The translations under genes were made by a program, and so were the position numbers. Shown here in pieces: positions 21,049 through 34,237 of a DNA stretch of 64,000 nt. Every line of letters starts with the position of its first letter. Positions within the stretch are counted from its first letter, which is position 1. The stretch spans positions 224,001 through 288,000 of the forward strand of contig CAWJGT010000025.1 in the NCBI GenBank assembly GCA_963842525.1. The letters run 5' to 3'. The DNA comes from an uncultured Holophagales bacterium (GTDB lineage Bacteria; Acidobacteriota; Thermoanaerobaculia; Multivoradales; UBA5704). Below the pieces are notes generated by a model, which was not told the origin of the DNA, did no database searches, and was given only the letters and a program-made list of their open reading frames with translations.

Positions 21049-22462
21049 GGCCGCCCGCGCGGTGAACGGCCGGATCGTCTCGGGCGATCCCGGGACGGGC
21101 TGCGCCGGCGCCGCCTTCGACTCGCGGGCCGTCCGAGGCGGAGAAATCTTCTTCGCCTTTGCCGGCGAGCGCACGGACGGTCACCGCTTCGTAGGTGACG
21201 CCCTGGCCCGCGGCGCGGGAGCCGCCGTGGTGAACCGCGGGCACGAGCTGTCGGGGGCTCCGGAAAGCGGTGCGGTGATCGAGGTCGAGGACACCTTCCG
21301 CGCCCTGCACGACCTGGCGCGCGCGGTGCGGCAGCGGGTGCCCCGGAAGCTCGTGGGCATCACCGGCTCGGCCGGCAAGACGACGACCAAGGAGCTGCTC
21401 GCCGCCATGCTCGCGGCCCGCTTCCGCGTCCACTGGAGCCCGGGCAATCTGAACAACCTCTACGGGTTCCCGCTGTCGCTCCTCAATGCACCGGACGACA
21501 CCGAATGGATGGTCGCCGAGATGGGGATGTCGACCCCGGGCGAGCTGCGCCAGCTCAGCCTGTTGGGCCGGCCGGATGCCGCCGTCTTCACCGTGGTGCG
21601 GCCGGTCCACCTGGAGTTCTTCGACAGCGTGCAGGCCATCGCCGAGGCCAAGGCCGAGCTGCTCGCCGGCCTCGCGCCGGACGGCATCCTGGTGGCCAAT
21701 GCCGACGACCCCGAGGTGGTGCGGATCGCCCGCCGGCACGCGGAGAGCGCGGACTGGCGCGGCCGGGTGGCCTGGTACGGCGTCCAGTCGGAAGAGGCCG
21801 AGGTGCGGGCACGTGAGATCGCCCCGGAGCCGGAGGGAGGGATCGGCACCCGTTTCACCCTGATCGCAAACGGCGAGAGCGCGGAAGTGCGGCTCCCCCT
21901 GCACGGCCTCTACAACGTCGAGAACTGCCTCGCCGCCGCGGCCTGCGCTCTCGCCATCGGTCTCTCCTTGGATGAAATCGCCGAGGCTGTGCGCGGGGTC
22001 CAGCCGTCCGCGATGCGCGGCGTGGTCCGCAACGTCGAAGACCGCCACGGGCGCTGGACGCTGGTGGACGACTCCTACAACTCCAATCCCGACGCCGTGG
22101 AGCGGGCGTTGGAGTCGGCCCGGCTCCTGCCCGCTTCCCGCTACGTCGCGGTGCTCGGCGACATGCTGGAGCTGGGGCCGGCGGGGCCACGCTTCCACCG
22201 CGAGAGCGGCGAGCGGGCGGCGCGCCTCGGCTTTTCTCCGGTCGCCGGGGTCGGCGAGCTGGCCCGCGAGCTGGTGGCCGGCGCCGAGGAAGCTGGAGCC
22301 GCGGCCGTTTGGCTGCCCGATGCCGCGGCGGCGGCCGACTGGGCGTCCTCGGAGGTGCGCGCGGGCGACCTCGTCCTGGTCAAGGGCTCGCGCGGCGTCA
22401 AGCTGGACACGGTCGTCCGGCATCTCCTGACCCGAGAGGCCACTGAGGAGGTCCACGCCTGA
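21026..22462 (+). CDS. murF: UDP-MurNAc-pentapeptide synthetase
   Basis: GSAGKTTTKE, DDSYNSNP, GDMLELG, VKGSRG. Confidence 0.97.
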   Translation: MARLSVAEAARAVNGRIVSGDPGTGCAGAAFDSRAVRGGEIFFAFAGERTDGHRFVGDALARGAGAAVVNRGHELSGAPESGAVIEVEDTFRALHDLARAVRQRVPRKLVGITGSAGKTTTKELLAAMLAARFRVHWSPGNLNNLYGFPLSLLNAPDDTEWMVAEMGMSTPGELRQLSLLGRPDAAVFTVVRPVHLEFFDSVQAIAEAKAELLAGLAPDGILVANADDPEVVRIARRHAESADWRGRVAWYGVQSEEAEVRAREIAPEPEGGIGTRFTLIANGESAEVRLPLHGLYNVENCLAAAACALAIGLSLDEIAEAVRGVQPSAMRGVVRNVEDRHGRWTLVDDSYNSNPDAVERALESARLLPASRYVAVLGDMLELGPAGPRFHRESGERAARLGFSPVAGVGELARELVAGAEEAGAAAVWLPDAAAAADWASSEVRAGDLVLVKGSRGVKLDTVVRHLLTREATEEVHA

Positions 22463-23550
22463 TGCTCTTCCACCTCCTCTATCCGCTGCGGGACGTCATC
22501 CCGGCCTTCAACGTCTTCCGCTACATCACCTTCCGGGTGGCGGCGGCGATCGTTACGGCCCTCCTGCTCTCCTGGCTGCTCGGCCCGTGGTTCATCCGCA
22601 CCCTGCGCCGGCTGTCGGTGGGGCAGAACATCCGCGAGCTCGGCCCGCAGACGCACCAGGTCAAGTCCGGGACCCCGACCATGGGTGGGCTGCTGATCCT
22701 GTTCGCGACCCTGGTGCCGACCCTGCTCTGGGGGGACCTGCGGAGCGTCTACGTCTGGATCGTCGTTCTGGTGACCGCGGCCTACGGCGTCATCGGGTTC
22801 CTCGACGACTATCTGAAGATCCGGCGCGGGCGCAACCTGGGCCTCACGGCCCGGGACAAGGCGGCGCTCCAGGTCATCGCCGGGGTCGGCATGGCCGTGG
22901 CGCTCCTCTACCTGCCGGTCGGTTACGGGTTCAACCCGACGCTGACGTTCCCGTTCTTCAAGCAGCTCGTGCTGAACCTCGGCTATCTCTACATCCCGTT
23001 CGTGGTCCTCGTGCTGGTCGGGGTGTCGAACGCGCGTCAACCTGACCGATGGCCTCGACGGCCTGGCGATCGGCGCCACGACGGTGGCGGCGGCGACCTA
23101 CGCGGTCTTTACGTACGTGGCGGGCAACCGGGTGATCTCGGGCTATCTGCAGCTCTCCTATGTGCCGGGGGTCGGCGAGGTCGCGGTCTTCTGCGGCGCG
23201 CTGGTCGGCGCCGGCCTGGGCTTCCTCTGGTACAACGCCCATCCCGCCGAGGTGTTCATGGGCGACGTCGGGTCGCTGGCGCTGGGCGCCGCGATCGGCA
23301 GCGTGGCGGTGATCGCCAAGCAGGAGATCCTGCTCGTCCTCGTGGGCGGGCTGTTCGTGCATGGAGGCGCTGTCGGTCATGATCCAGGTCGCCTCCTTCA
23401 AGCTCACCGGCCGGCGGGTGTTCCGCATGGCCCCGCTCCACCACCACTTCGAGCTGTCCGGGCTGGGCGGAACCCAAGGTCATCGTGCGCTTCTGGATCC
23501 TGTCGATCCTGTTCGCGCTCCTTTCCCTCTCGACCTTGAAGCTGCGATGA
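22462..23550 (+). CDS. mraY: Phospho-MurNAc-pentapeptide transferase, about three frameshifts (23035, 23360, 23463)
   Basis: [25 protein letters not shown] (across a shift), [17 protein letters not shown]. Confidence 0.93.
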
Positions 23551-24956
23551 AAACGTCCTGGGGCAGCGGCCGCCTGGAGCGGGTCCTGGTGTACGGGCTG
23601 GGGTTGTCCGGCCGCGCGGCGGCGCGCCTGCTGCTCGCGCGCGACACTTCTGTCGTCGCCGTCGACGCCCGGCCGGAGGAGAAGCTCGATCTGTCCGGCC
23701 TGTCATCGACCGGCCGCGCGCAATTCGAGGTCCTCGCCGGCGCCGAGCCGCTGGAGCTGCCGGCCGGCGGCTTCGACGCCGTGGTCGTCTCTCCCGGCGT
23801 GCCCATGGACCGCCCGCTCCTCGCCGAGGCCCGGAGCCGCGGCATCCCGGTGATCGCCGAGGTGGAGCTGGCGGCGCCGCTCCTCAACGGTCCGATCGTG
23901 GCGATCACCGGCAGCAACGGCAAGAGCACCACGACGGCGCTGACCGGCGCCATGCTGCGCGCCGCCGGCTTCCCGACGGTGGTCTGCGGCAACATCGGCG
24001 AGCCGCTGGCCGGCCTGGTGGACGGTCCGCCCGGACGGGTCTTCGTCGTCGAGCTGTCGAGCTTCCAGATCGAAGGGATCGTCACCCTCAAGCCGCGGGT
24101 CGCGGCGCTGCTCAATCTCTGCGGAGGACCATCTGGACCGCTACGGCAGCATGGAGGAGTACGGCGCGGCCAAGAAGCGGCTCTTCCACACCATGGACTC
24201 CGAGGGGGTCGCGGTGATCAACGCCGACGACCCCGAGGTCGCGCAGGTCGAGACCCTCGCCCGGCGTGCGCTGCTTCTCGCGCCGCGGCCCGGTCCAGGA
24301 CGGCTGCTTCGCCGCCGCCGGCGGGCGGGTGATCGAGGTCGACCCCGGGCGAGACCGACGTCGAGCTGTTCCGCGCCGAAGACGTGCCGCTCGCCGGCGT
24401 GCAGAACCTGGAGAACGCCATGGCCGCGGCCCTGCTGGCGCGGGCCATCGGCGCCGAGCCGGCGGAGATCCGCGCCGGGCTGACCGGCTTCCGCGGGCTG
24501 CCGCACCGCATGGAGCGGGTGGGCGAGAGCGGCGGCGTCACCTGGTACGACGACTCCAAGGGGACCAACCCCGCGGCCACCGCCAAGTCGCTCGAAGGGT
24601 TCGCCGACGGCACCGTCCACCTGATCCTCGGCGGGCGCAACAAGGGGGCCGACCTCACGACGCTCAAGCCGATCGTGGGGCAGAAGGCGCGCCGCGTCTA
24701 CCTGATCGGCGAATCGGCGGCGGACTTCGAACAGGCGCTCGGAGGTGCCGTGGCCTTCGAGCACGCGGGAACGCTGGACCGCGCCGTGCGCTCGGCCGCC
24801 GCGCAGGCGCAGAGCGGCGAGGCGGTGGTGCTGTCGCCGGCCTGCGCGAGCTTCGACCAGTTCCGCAACTTCGTCCACCGCGGCGAAGTCTTTCAGGCCC
24901 TGGTCCGCGACGTCGTCCTGAAGGGAGGGCCGCATGGCGAAGAAGCTCGCGGTTGA
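23547..24956 (+). CDS. murD: UDP-MurNAc-L-Ala:D-Glu ligase, frameshifts in 24120-24350
   Basis: [42 protein letters not shown]. Confidence 0.93.
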
Positions 24957-26035
24957 CAAGGTGCTCTTCACCACCGTGGTCCTGCTCCTGAGCTTCGGGC
25001 TGGTGATGGTCTATTCGGCCAGCGCCGCCCTGGCGCGCGACAGCACGCAGCAGGGAGTGATGGGGATGATCAATCCCTTCCTCTTGAAGCAGGCGATGGC
25101 GGCCGGCCTGGGGCTCATCCTGATGGTCCTGCTGATGCAGATCGACTACCGGCGGCTGCGCGAGCCGGCGGTGGTCTACACGCTGCTCTTCGGCGCCGTG
25201 GCCCTGCTCGTCGGCGTGCTCTTCGCGCCGGAGCTCAACTCCACGCGCCGCTGGTTCTTCGTGGCCGGCGTCTCGGTGCAGCCGTCCGAGCTGGCAAAGC
25301 TGGCGCTGATCCCGTTCCTGGCCTATCTGATCGAGAAGCGGGAGCAGGAGGTCAACCGCGCCTCGTTCCTCTTCCCGGCCGCGCTGTTCACCGGCCTGCT
25401 GGCCGGCCTGATCCTGCTCGAGCCGGACATGGGGACCGCCGTGCTGCTCGGCGCTCACGGCGTTTCTGATGCTCTTCCTGGCCGGACTGTCCTGGCGCTT
25501 CATCGCGGGCTCGCTCGCCCTGGTGCCGCCGCTCATCGCGGCGCTCGTCTGGATGGAGCCCTACCGGCGGGAGCGGCTCTTCGCCTTCCTCGACCCGGAA
25601 AAGGACCCGCTGGGGAGCGGTTTCCAGGCGCTCCAGTCGCTGATCGCGGTGGGCTCGGGCGGGGTGTTCGGCCTGGGGACGGGCGAGAGCGTGCAGCGGC
25701 TCTATTTCCTGCCGCACCCGGAATCGGACTTCATCTTTTCCATCGTGGCCGAGGAGCTGGGCATGCTGGGCGCGCTGGCGGTGGTCGCCGCCTTCGCGGT
25801 CCTCGCCTGGCGTGGCATCCGGGCGGGCCTGCGGGCTCCGGACGTGTTCGGGCGCTATCTCGGCTGGGGGCTGACCGGCATCCTGGTGATCCAGGCGCTG
25901 CTCAACATCAGCGTGACCCTGGCGCTCCTCCCCACCAAGGGGATCCCGTTGCCGTTCATCTCCTATGGCGGCTCGTCGCTGGTGGTGACCCTGTGTGCCT
26001 GCGGCGTGCTGCTCAACGTCTCGCAACACGGATGA
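24934..26035 (+). CDS. ftsW: SEDS peptidoglycan glycosyltransferase FtsW, frameshift near 25455
   Basis: QPSELAK, EPDMGT, LPHPESDFIF, PTKGIPLPFISYGGSS. Confidence 0.93.
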
Positions 26036-26054
26036 GGGACGACGGATCGGTGCG

Positions 26055-27170
26055 ATGGCTCAAACCACTCAGACCACTCAGACGACGGATTCCCTGCACG
26101 TGCTCCTCGCCGGCGGCGGCTCCGGCGGGCACGTCTTTCCGGCGCTCGCGGTCGCCGAGGAGCTGCTCGGCCCGGGGGTGGCGCGTGAGCTTCGCCGGCT
26201 CCGAGGCCGGGATGGAGGCGCGCCTCGTGCCGGCGCGGGGGATCCCGTTCCACGTCCTGCCGGCCCGGCCGCTCGTCGGCCGCGGCCTGCTGGCCAGGAC
26301 GCAGGCCCTGCGCGTGCTGGCCGGCTCGGCGCGGCAGGCCGCCCGGCTGATCCGCGGGATCGGCGCGCACGTCGTCCTGGGCACCGGCGGCTACGTCTCG
26401 GCGCCGGCCGTCGCCGGGGCGCGGCTGGCCCGGAGGCCTGTCCTGCTCCTCGAGCCGAACGCCCGTGCCGGCGTCGCCAACCGCTGGCTCTCGCCCTGGG
26501 CCGCCGCCGCGGCCGTGGGCTACCACGAGACGGCGCACGACCTGAAGTGCCCCTGCTATGTGACCGGCATCCCGGTGCGGTCGGCCTTCTTTGCCGTGCC
26601 CGAAGCGCTGCCCCCAGCGGAGAATCCCAGCCTGCTGGTCCTCGGCGGCAGCCAGGGAGCGCAGCAGATCAACCAGGCGATGCCGGCGGCGGCGGCGCGG
26701 CTCCTGGAGAAGCTGCCCGCGCTGCGCATCCTCCACCAGGCCGGCGCGAAGAACGTCGACGAGGCCCGGGAGGCTTACGCCAAAGCGGGGCTGGGCGAGC
26801 CGCAGGTGACGGTCGTCCCCTTCCTCGACGACGTGGCCGGCGCCATGGCCGGGAGCCACCTCCTGGTGTCGCGCGCCGGGGCCATCACCCTGGCCGAGAT
26901 CTGCGCCGCCGGCCGGGCGTCTCTTCTCATTCCGCTGGCGATCGCGCAAGGCCACCAGGTGGACAACGCCCGCCTGCTCGCCGGCGCCGGAGCCGCGGAG
27001 ATGATCCCGTCGTCCGAGCTCACGCCCGAGCGGCTGGCCGACGTGCTGGCTGGCCTGCTCTCCGACGTGCCGCGCCTCGCGCGGATGGGCCGCCAGGCGC
27101 GGAGCCTGGCCCGCCCTCGCGCCGTGGCAACCATCGCGGACCACCTCGAAGAGCTGGGAGGGGTCCGCTG

Positions 27171-27171
<1 letters not shown>
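26055..27171 (+). CDS. murG: Lipid II GlcNAc transferase, frameshift near 26172
   Basis: GGGSGGHVFPA, GGYVS, GGSQGA, SRAGA; N-terminal QTT repeats from a 9-nt repeat. Confidence 0.93.
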
Positions 27172-28579
<1,408 letters not shown>

Positions 28580-28583
<4 letters not shown>

Positions 28584-29521
28584 GCACCGAGGTGTTCCTC
28601 CGCCGCCCGGGCCCGAGCCCCCACCCCAGGGTCGTCATGGACGTGCCTCTTCCCCCCTCTCCCGGGGGCCAGGGAGTGAGGATGGGAGAGGGGGGCCAGG
28701 GGGGTGAGGGGTTCCTGCGGCCTGGCGCGCAGCCCAAGCGCAAGCGCCGGCATCCGCTGCTCGGGCTGGTCCGGCCGCTCGCCACGGCCCTGGCCCTGGT
28801 GGCGCTGCCGCTGAGCGTGGCCGCCTTCGTGCTGACGGCCCCGCCGTTCCAGCTCCGGGAGATCGAGCTGGAGGGTGCCGATGCGCGGGTGCCGGAGGCC
28901 TGGGCCCGCGAGGCCCTGGCGCCTCTCCACGGCGAGAACCTGGTGCGGCTGCCGCTGTCGAGCGTGGCGGCCCGGCTCCGGAAGAACCCCTGGATCGACA
29001 CGGTCGAGGTCCAGAAGGAGCTGCCCGGCCGGCTGCGCGTCGCGATGACGGAGCGCAAGCCGGTGGCCCTGCTGCGCACCGGCGGCGGGCTGGTCTATGC
29101 CGATTCCGCGGGCCGGCCCATCGTGCCGGTGTCGCTGGAGGAGGCCCGCCGGTCGGGCCTCCGTCTGGAGGTCCGCTTCGCCAACCCGATCGCCGGCGGA
29201 CCGGCGGCCGGCATGGACGCGGCCCTCGAAGTTGCGGGCGAGCTCGGCCGTGTCCAGCCCGACTGGGCAGCCGGCCTGACCCGCATCGAAGTGCTCGGGG
29301 AAGAGGACTTCGTCCTCCACACCGAGGCGTTGCGTTTTCCGCTGTTCGTCACCCGGGGGCAAGTTGGTCCTAAAGCCCGCCGTCTGGAGGAGATCCTCCC
29401 GGAGCTCGAGCGCCGGTATCCGGCCATCGAGCGGGTCGACCTGCGGTTTTCGCGTCGGATTGTCGTGCAACCCGCGGTCCCGGGCCGGAGAGAGACCGGG
29501 CCGCAAAATTCGATTTCGTGA
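28580..29521 (+). CDS. ftsQ: Cell division protein FtsQ with repeat-derived N-terminal insert
   Basis: TM, POTRA (NPWIDTVEVQKELPG), ERKP, VDLRF. Confidence 0.9.
28648..28711. repeat. Right arm of the CCTCACCCC element inside ftsQ
   Basis: CCCCCTCTCCCGGGGGCCAGGGAGTGAGGATGGGAGAGGGGGGCCAGGGGGGTGAGGG; encodes PPSPGGQGVRMGEGGQGGEG. Confidence 0.85.
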
Positions 29522-29532
29522 GGTGTCCAGGC

Positions 29533-30771
29533 ATGGCCAAACCAGAACCTTACTTCGTGGGTATCGACATCGGGTCTTCCAAGGTAGGGGTGCTCATCGG
29601 CCAACGCGACGACAAGGGAAACATGGAGGTCGTCGGCAAGGGCCTGGCACCCAACCGGGGGACCCGCAAGGGGAACATCGTCAACGTCGAGGCCACCGTG
29701 GAGGCCTTGAAGGCGGCGAGCGAGGAGGCCGAGGTGATGGCCGGCGTCGAGATCTCCCGCGCCTATGTCGGCGTCGCGGGGGCCGACATCCGGAGCGTCA
29801 ACTCGCGCGGCATGGTCTCCGTCTCACGCAAAGACCGCGAGATCTCCCGCCAGGACATCCAGCGGGTGCTCGACGCGGCCAAGTCGGCGGCCCTGCCGTC
29901 CGACCGCGAAATCCTCCACGCCGTGCCCCAGGAGTTCCTCGTCGACGAGCAGGGGGGGATCGACGAGCCCCTCGGCATGCTCGGCACGCGCCTGGAGGTC
30001 ATGGTCCACCTCGTGACCGGCAACGTCACCCGGTCGCGGACCCTCCTGACCTGCGTCAACCGGGCCGGCATCGAAGTCGTCGAAATGGTCTTCGAGCCGC
30101 TCGCCACGGCCGAGGCCGTGCTCACCGCGGACGAGCGCGAGCTCGGCGCCCTGCTGGTCGACATCGGCGCCGGCACCACCGAATACGCCCTCTTCTCGGA
30201 GGGGGAGATCCAGTACAGCGGCGTGGCGCCGATCGGCGCCGGCCACTTCACCAACGACCTGGCCATGGTGCTGCGCACGCCGTTCGCCGAGGCCGAGCGC
30301 ATCAAGACCAAGCAGGGGTGCTGCCTGCCGAGCATGGTCACCGACGACGAAGGGATCGCGGTGCCCACCGTGGCCGGCGGCACGTCGCGCATCGTCCCCA
30401 AGAAGGAGCTGTGCGAGATCCTGCAGCCGCGCGCCGAGGAGCTGTTCAACCTCCTGCGCGAGGACTTCCTCAAGCACGCGCCCGACGAGGACCTGCGCGG
30501 CGGCGTCATCCTCACCGGCGGCGGCGCGCAGCTCGACGGCCTGCTCGAGCTCGCCGAGCAGATCTTCGACGCCGGCGTGCGCTACGGCCTGCCGCGCGGC
30601 CTGGGCGGGCTGGTCGACGTGATCAGCAGCCCCTCGTGGTCGACGGCGTCGGGCCTCCTCCTCTACGCGCTCGGCGCCGAGGAGAGCCAGGCCAAGGTAC
30701 AAAAGAAAACCGGCTTCAGCATGCGGGGTGTCATGGGCAGCCTGCGGGGGATGTTCTCCGACCTGCTGTGA
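29533..30771 (+). CDS. ftsA: Cell division protein FtsA
   Basis: GIDIGSSK, DIGAGTT, LTGGG actin-fold motifs. Confidence 0.97.
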   Translation: MAKPEPYFVGIDIGSSKVGVLIGQRDDKGNMEVVGKGLAPNRGTRKGNIVNVEATVEALKAASEEAEVMAGVEISRAYVGVAGADIRSVNSRGMVSVSRKDREISRQDIQRVLDAAKSAALPSDREILHAVPQEFLVDEQGGIDEPLGMLGTRLEVMVHLVTGNVTRSRTLLTCVNRAGIEVVEMVFEPLATAEAVLTADERELGALLVDIGAGTTEYALFSEGEIQYSGVAPIGAGHFTNDLAMVLRTPFAEAERIKTKQGCCLPSMVTDDEGIAVPTVAGGTSRIVPKKELCEILQPRAEELFNLLREDFLKHAPDEDLRGGVILTGGGAQLDGLLELAEQIFDAGVRYGLPRGLGGLVDVISSPSWSTASGLLLYALGAEESQAKVQKKTGFSMRGVMGSLRGMFSDLL

Positions 30772-30819
30772 GACGGGAGATCCACTTCAACCCGATTTGA
30801 CCCGAAAGGGGGGTGCAAC

Positions 30820-32082
30820 ATGATTCTGTTCGACGACCAGGACGCTCCGGACACCGCGAAGGCGGCGGCCCTGCGCGTCCACGAGGCGGTGGATTCAGCC
30901 GCCCGCATCAAGGTCATCGGCGTCGGGGGAGGTGGCGGCAACGCGGTGAACCGCATGATTGATGCCCAATTAAGGGGAATCGAGTTCATCGCCGCCAACA
31001 CCGACCTGCAGGCGCTCAACAAGTGCCGCGCGCCATTGAAGCTCCAGCTCGGTTCCATCCTCACCAAGGGCCTCGGCGCGGGAGCGGACCCGGAGGTCGG
31101 CCGCAAGGCGGCGCTCGAAGACACCGAGCGGATCCTCGAAGTCCTCGAGGGTGCCGACATGGTCTTCCTCACCGCGGGCCTCGGTGGCGGCACCGGCGGC
31201 GGAGCCGTCCCGATCATCGCCTCCCTGGCTGCTGAAGTAGGCGCCTTGACGGTCGCCGTCGTGACCAAGCCGTTCGGTTTCGAAGGCCGCCGCCGCATGC
31301 AGCAGGCCGAGCGCGGCGTCGAAGAGCTGCGCAATTCGGTCGACACCCTGATCACCATCCCCAACGAGCGCCTGCTCAACTTCGTCGAAAGGGGCACGCC
31401 GCTCTCCGAGGCCTTCCGCATCGCCGACGACGTGCTGCGCCAGGCCGTGCAGGGCATCAGCGACCTGATCACCATCCCGGGTGAGGTCAACGTCGACTTC
31501 GCCGACGTGCGGACCATCATGACCGGCATGGGCATGGCGCTGATGGGCACCGGCCTCGCAAAAGGCGAGCACCGGGCCATCGAGGCGGCGCAGCGGGCCA
31601 TCTCCTCGCCGCTCCTGGAGGAGACCTCGATCCAGGGCGCCCGCGGCGTGCTGATCAACATCTCGGGCGGTCACGACCTGACGCTCCACGAGGTCGCCGA
31701 GGCGGCCCGCATCATCGCCGACGCGGTCGATCCGGACGCCAACATCATCTCGGGCATGGTCATCGAGCCGCAGCTCGAAGATGCGATGAAGGTGACCGTC
31801 ATCGCGACCGGCTTCGACCGCTCCTCGGACGGCGTGCGGCCGTTGGCGCCGATGGTGAGCGTCCCGCGTCCGGTCGCCGTGCCGCAGACCTACAACTCCC
31901 CGTCATCGGTACCCTCGCCGGCTCCGGAACGGGAAGAGCCCGAGCGCTCTGCCGCCGACGTGCCGTTCTACCGCAAGGCCATCGCGCACCTGCGGGGTGA
32001 CGACCCGAACGGCTTCGGTCCCAACTGGTCGAACGTGGACGACTACGACATCCCGACCGTGCTGAGGAAGCAGATGGACTGA
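30820..32082 (+). CDS. ftsZ: Cell division protein FtsZ
   Basis: [26 protein letters not shown]-terminal [11 protein letters not shown]. Confidence 0.98.
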   Translation: MILFDDQDAPDTAKAAALRVHEAVDSAARIKVIGVGGGGGNAVNRMIDAQLRGIEFIAANTDLQALNKCRAPLKLQLGSILTKGLGAGADPEVGRKAALEDTERILEVLEGADMVFLTAGLGGGTGGGAVPIIASLAAEVGALTVAVVTKPFGFEGRRRMQQAERGVEELRNSVDTLITIPNERLLNFVERGTPLSEAFRIADDVLRQAVQGISDLITIPGEVNVDFADVRTIMTGMGMALMGTGLAKGEHRAIEAAQRAISSPLLEETSIQGARGVLINISGGHDLTLHEVAEAARIIADAVDPDANIISGMVIEPQLEDAMKVTVIATGFDRSSDGVRPLAPMVSVPRPVAVPQTYNSPSSVPSPAPEREEPERSAADVPFYRKAIAHLRGDDPNGFGPNWSNVDDYDIPTVLRKQMD

Positions 32083-32101
32083 CACCGGGTAGACTCTCCT
32101 C

Positions 32102-32704
32102 ATGAAGACCACTGACTCCGGCCGGCCCGGGAGGCGGGCTCTGCTCCGCCTCCGCCGCGCATCCGTCCTCCTGTTCCCTCTCCTCCTGGCTGTGCCCGCC
32201 GCCGCCCTGGACACCATCTGGCTCGTCCGCCACGCCGAGAAGGTCGAAGACAGCGAGACGGCGAAATGGCAGTTCCTCGACGCCCTCCGTCCGCTCACCC
32301 CCGAAGGCACGAAACGGGCAGAGGCGCTCGCGACCCGTCTCAAAGACGCCGGTATCACCGCGGTCTACTCCAGCCGGACCACGCGCACCATCTCCACGGC
32401 CCTGCCGCTGGTCCTGTCTGCTCCGGGGATCCGCCTGATCCCGGACGACGACACGATCGAAAAAGACAAACAGGCCGACTTCCTCGCCTGGCTCCGGAAG
32501 ACCCATGCGAACGATCGCGCAATCCTGATCGTCGGCCACTCCAACACCATCCCCGTGCTCCTGGCAAAGTTCGGAGCAAAACCCGACTGCTACGAGCGGC
32601 TCGGCATCCAGCAGACCCCGCAGGGCCTCATGATCGAAGGCTTTGAGGGCCTGTGGAAGGTGGATGCGAAGAAACTGTCGTGCCAGGGGATCACACGCGA
32701 ATAA
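32102..32704 (+). CDS. Secreted histidine phosphatase family protein
   Basis: Signal peptide; LVRHAEK, RPLTPEG, IVGHSNT. Confidence 0.85.
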   Translation: MKTTDSGRPGRRALLRLRRASVLLFPLLLAVPAAALDTIWLVRHAEKVEDSETAKWQFLDALRPLTPEGTKRAEALATRLKDAGITAVYSSRTTRTISTALPLVLSAPGIRLIPDDDTIEKDKQADFLAWLRKTHANDRAILIVGHSNTIPVLLAKFGAKPDCYERLGIQQTPQGLMIEGFEGLWKVDAKKLSCQGITRE

Positions 32705-32740
32705 TCCCTATATTCATTCACAATACATCCCCATCGCCGC

Positions 32741-32800
32741 GTAGAGACGCCCCAGTCCACGACCACTTCACTGCCGGCGTGTAAACAGCCGGGGCGTCTC
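32741..32800. repeat. GTAG-type REP palindrome
   Basis: GTAGAGACGCCCC...GGGGCGTCTC. Confidence 0.6.
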
Positions 32801-32880
32801 TTGACCTCAGCCACCACCGACGCTGGCAACGTGCCTAGAACTACCCCAATCACTGCCCAAGAACCGGTCCACCGGCAAAG

Positions 32881-32985
32881 GCCCCGGAGGGGCTCACGGC
32901 ATGTAGCCCGGGGCCAGAGCGACGAAGGAGCGGCGGCCCCGGGTATGGAAACGAAAATATCCCCAAGCCCCAGAGGGGCGGCAGC
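32881..32985. repeat. REP-like element half (same style as 11726)
   Basis: GCCCCGGAGGGGC, GTAGCCCGGGGCC..GGCCCCGGG, GCCCCAGAGGGGC. Confidence 0.55.
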
Positions 32986-33030
32986 AGCTCGCCTTGACGC
33001 GGCCAGACTCTATGGACCACGATCTTGTCA

Positions 33031-33273
33031 ATGATTACGACCGTCACCCAGAAGAACACGGCCACAATACCCGCCGAAGTACGACGGAAGTTTGGGATCA
33101 AGCCCGGCTGTAAGCTCGACTGGCAGCCGATTGAGGACAGAGGCGAGATTCTCGTCAGGGTCATTCCCGACCGTGGAGAGCGTGCGCGCCGCCTGCTGGG
33201 TTCCGGTCGCAAGTTCTCACCGGATTGCGACTCCGTGGCCGATCTTGTGGCAGAGCGCGCTGCGGAAGGTTGA
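33031..33273 (+). CDS. AbrB-type antitoxin (copy 1)
   Basis: TTVTQKNTATIPAEVRRKFGIKPG; near-identical to 34871..35113. Confidence 0.85.
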   Translation: MITTVTQKNTATIPAEVRRKFGIKPGCKLDWQPIEDRGEILVRVIPDRGERARRLLGSGRKFSPDCDSVADLVAERAAEG

Positions 33274-33278
33274 TGGGC

Positions 33279-33335
33279 TTGCGCTTCCTGCTCGATACCT
33301 CCGCACTGCTTGCCCACTTCCGCAAGGAGCGCGGC
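33279..33335 (+). pseudogene. vapC: Truncated VapC toxin 5' end
   Basis: RFLLDTSALLAHFRKE identical to the 35120 gene, then breaks off. Confidence 0.8.
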
Positions 33336-33341
33336 ACCTCT

Positions 33342-33737
33342 TCAAGGACTCCCCGGCCATTCGGCCCACTCACAGTAGGTCAGCAGGTCACGGTCCCTGG
33401 TCAGCAGAGTCGCTCCGCGTAGCGTTGCCTGGCTGGCGATCAGGCGATCGAAGGGGTCCCGTGTCCACGAGGCGGCGAGTGCGACGTCGATCACCTGAAG
33501 GAAAGGAAGATCGCAGATCTTGAGCGCGATCTCCTTCTCCAGTGTGTTGATGACGTGCTCTCCGGAGAACGTGACGCGGCGGATTTCATAGAGGTACTGG
33601 AGCTCGAGCTTGACCGCGGGAGAGATCAGCAGGTCGCTCTCCTCGAGGCGGGTCCGCACGCTCGCCGGCAGCAGGTTCACACGGTCCGAGAAGAGCCACG
33701 CAACGACATGGGTGTCGAGGTAGATCAGGGGCGCCAT
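33342..33737 (-). CDS. vapC: PIN-domain (VapC) toxin
   Basis: IYLDTHVVAW, RDPFDRLIA, LLTRD. Confidence 0.9.
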   Translation of the reverse strand: MAPLIYLDTHVVAWLFSDRVNLLPASVRTRLEESDLLISPAVKLELQYLYEIRRVTFSGEHVINTLEKEIALKICDLPFLQVIDVALAASWTRDPFDRLIASQATLRGATLLTRDRDLLTYCEWAEWPGSP

Positions 33738-33946
33738 TCTGCGGACCAGTCGATGTGGACCAGATCCTCAGGATCGCCGACGATGAGGTCGCGTGGCTTC
33801 AGGTTCGCCAGCTTGCTCTTGGGCTCGACCGCCGCGATGCGGAGGAGCTTCCCTTTTCGCTCGATGTCGACGGGCACGCCGGTCTCCAGGATCTCGTCCA
33901 GGATCCGGTAGATGTTCTCGCGCAAGGCAGAGGCTCGAAGCGGCAT
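33725..33946 (-). CDS. Phd/YefM-type antitoxin
   Basis: ASALRENIYRILDEILETGVPVDIERKG; overlaps the vapC start; upstream TTGACA-17-TACCCT with TCGTACGA palindromes. Confidence 0.85.
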   Translation of the reverse strand: MPLRASALRENIYRILDEILETGVPVDIERKGKLLRIAAVEPKSKLANLKPRDLIVGDPEDLVHIDWSAEWRP

Positions 33947-34237
33947 ACGGGGCACCCCCAAGGCCCGTTCCGAGGGTACAGCCAAGTCGTACGAGTGTCA
34001 AGTAGAGGTCGTACGCCCTAAAGCGCCAAGAAAACCCAAGCCCTTGCCCCTCCAGTCTCGGCGGAAGCGGGTCCACCGCGGGAAACACCTGATCGACACA
34101 TCGCAGGAGCGCTGACCGGGAGGCTTCGTCTGGTCCTAACCAAGAAACTACCCAAGAACCGAACTAGGTGGCTGGCACCCCGGCTGGCTGGGCACACCCT
34201 GTTCAAGAAACGCCGCCGCGGTATCTAACCCTCGCGG

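Noticed and set aside
26055-26090. 9-nt repeat giving MAQTTQTTQTT at the murG start as a phase-variation switch
   Set aside because: The unit is a multiple of 3, so copy change would not shift the frame
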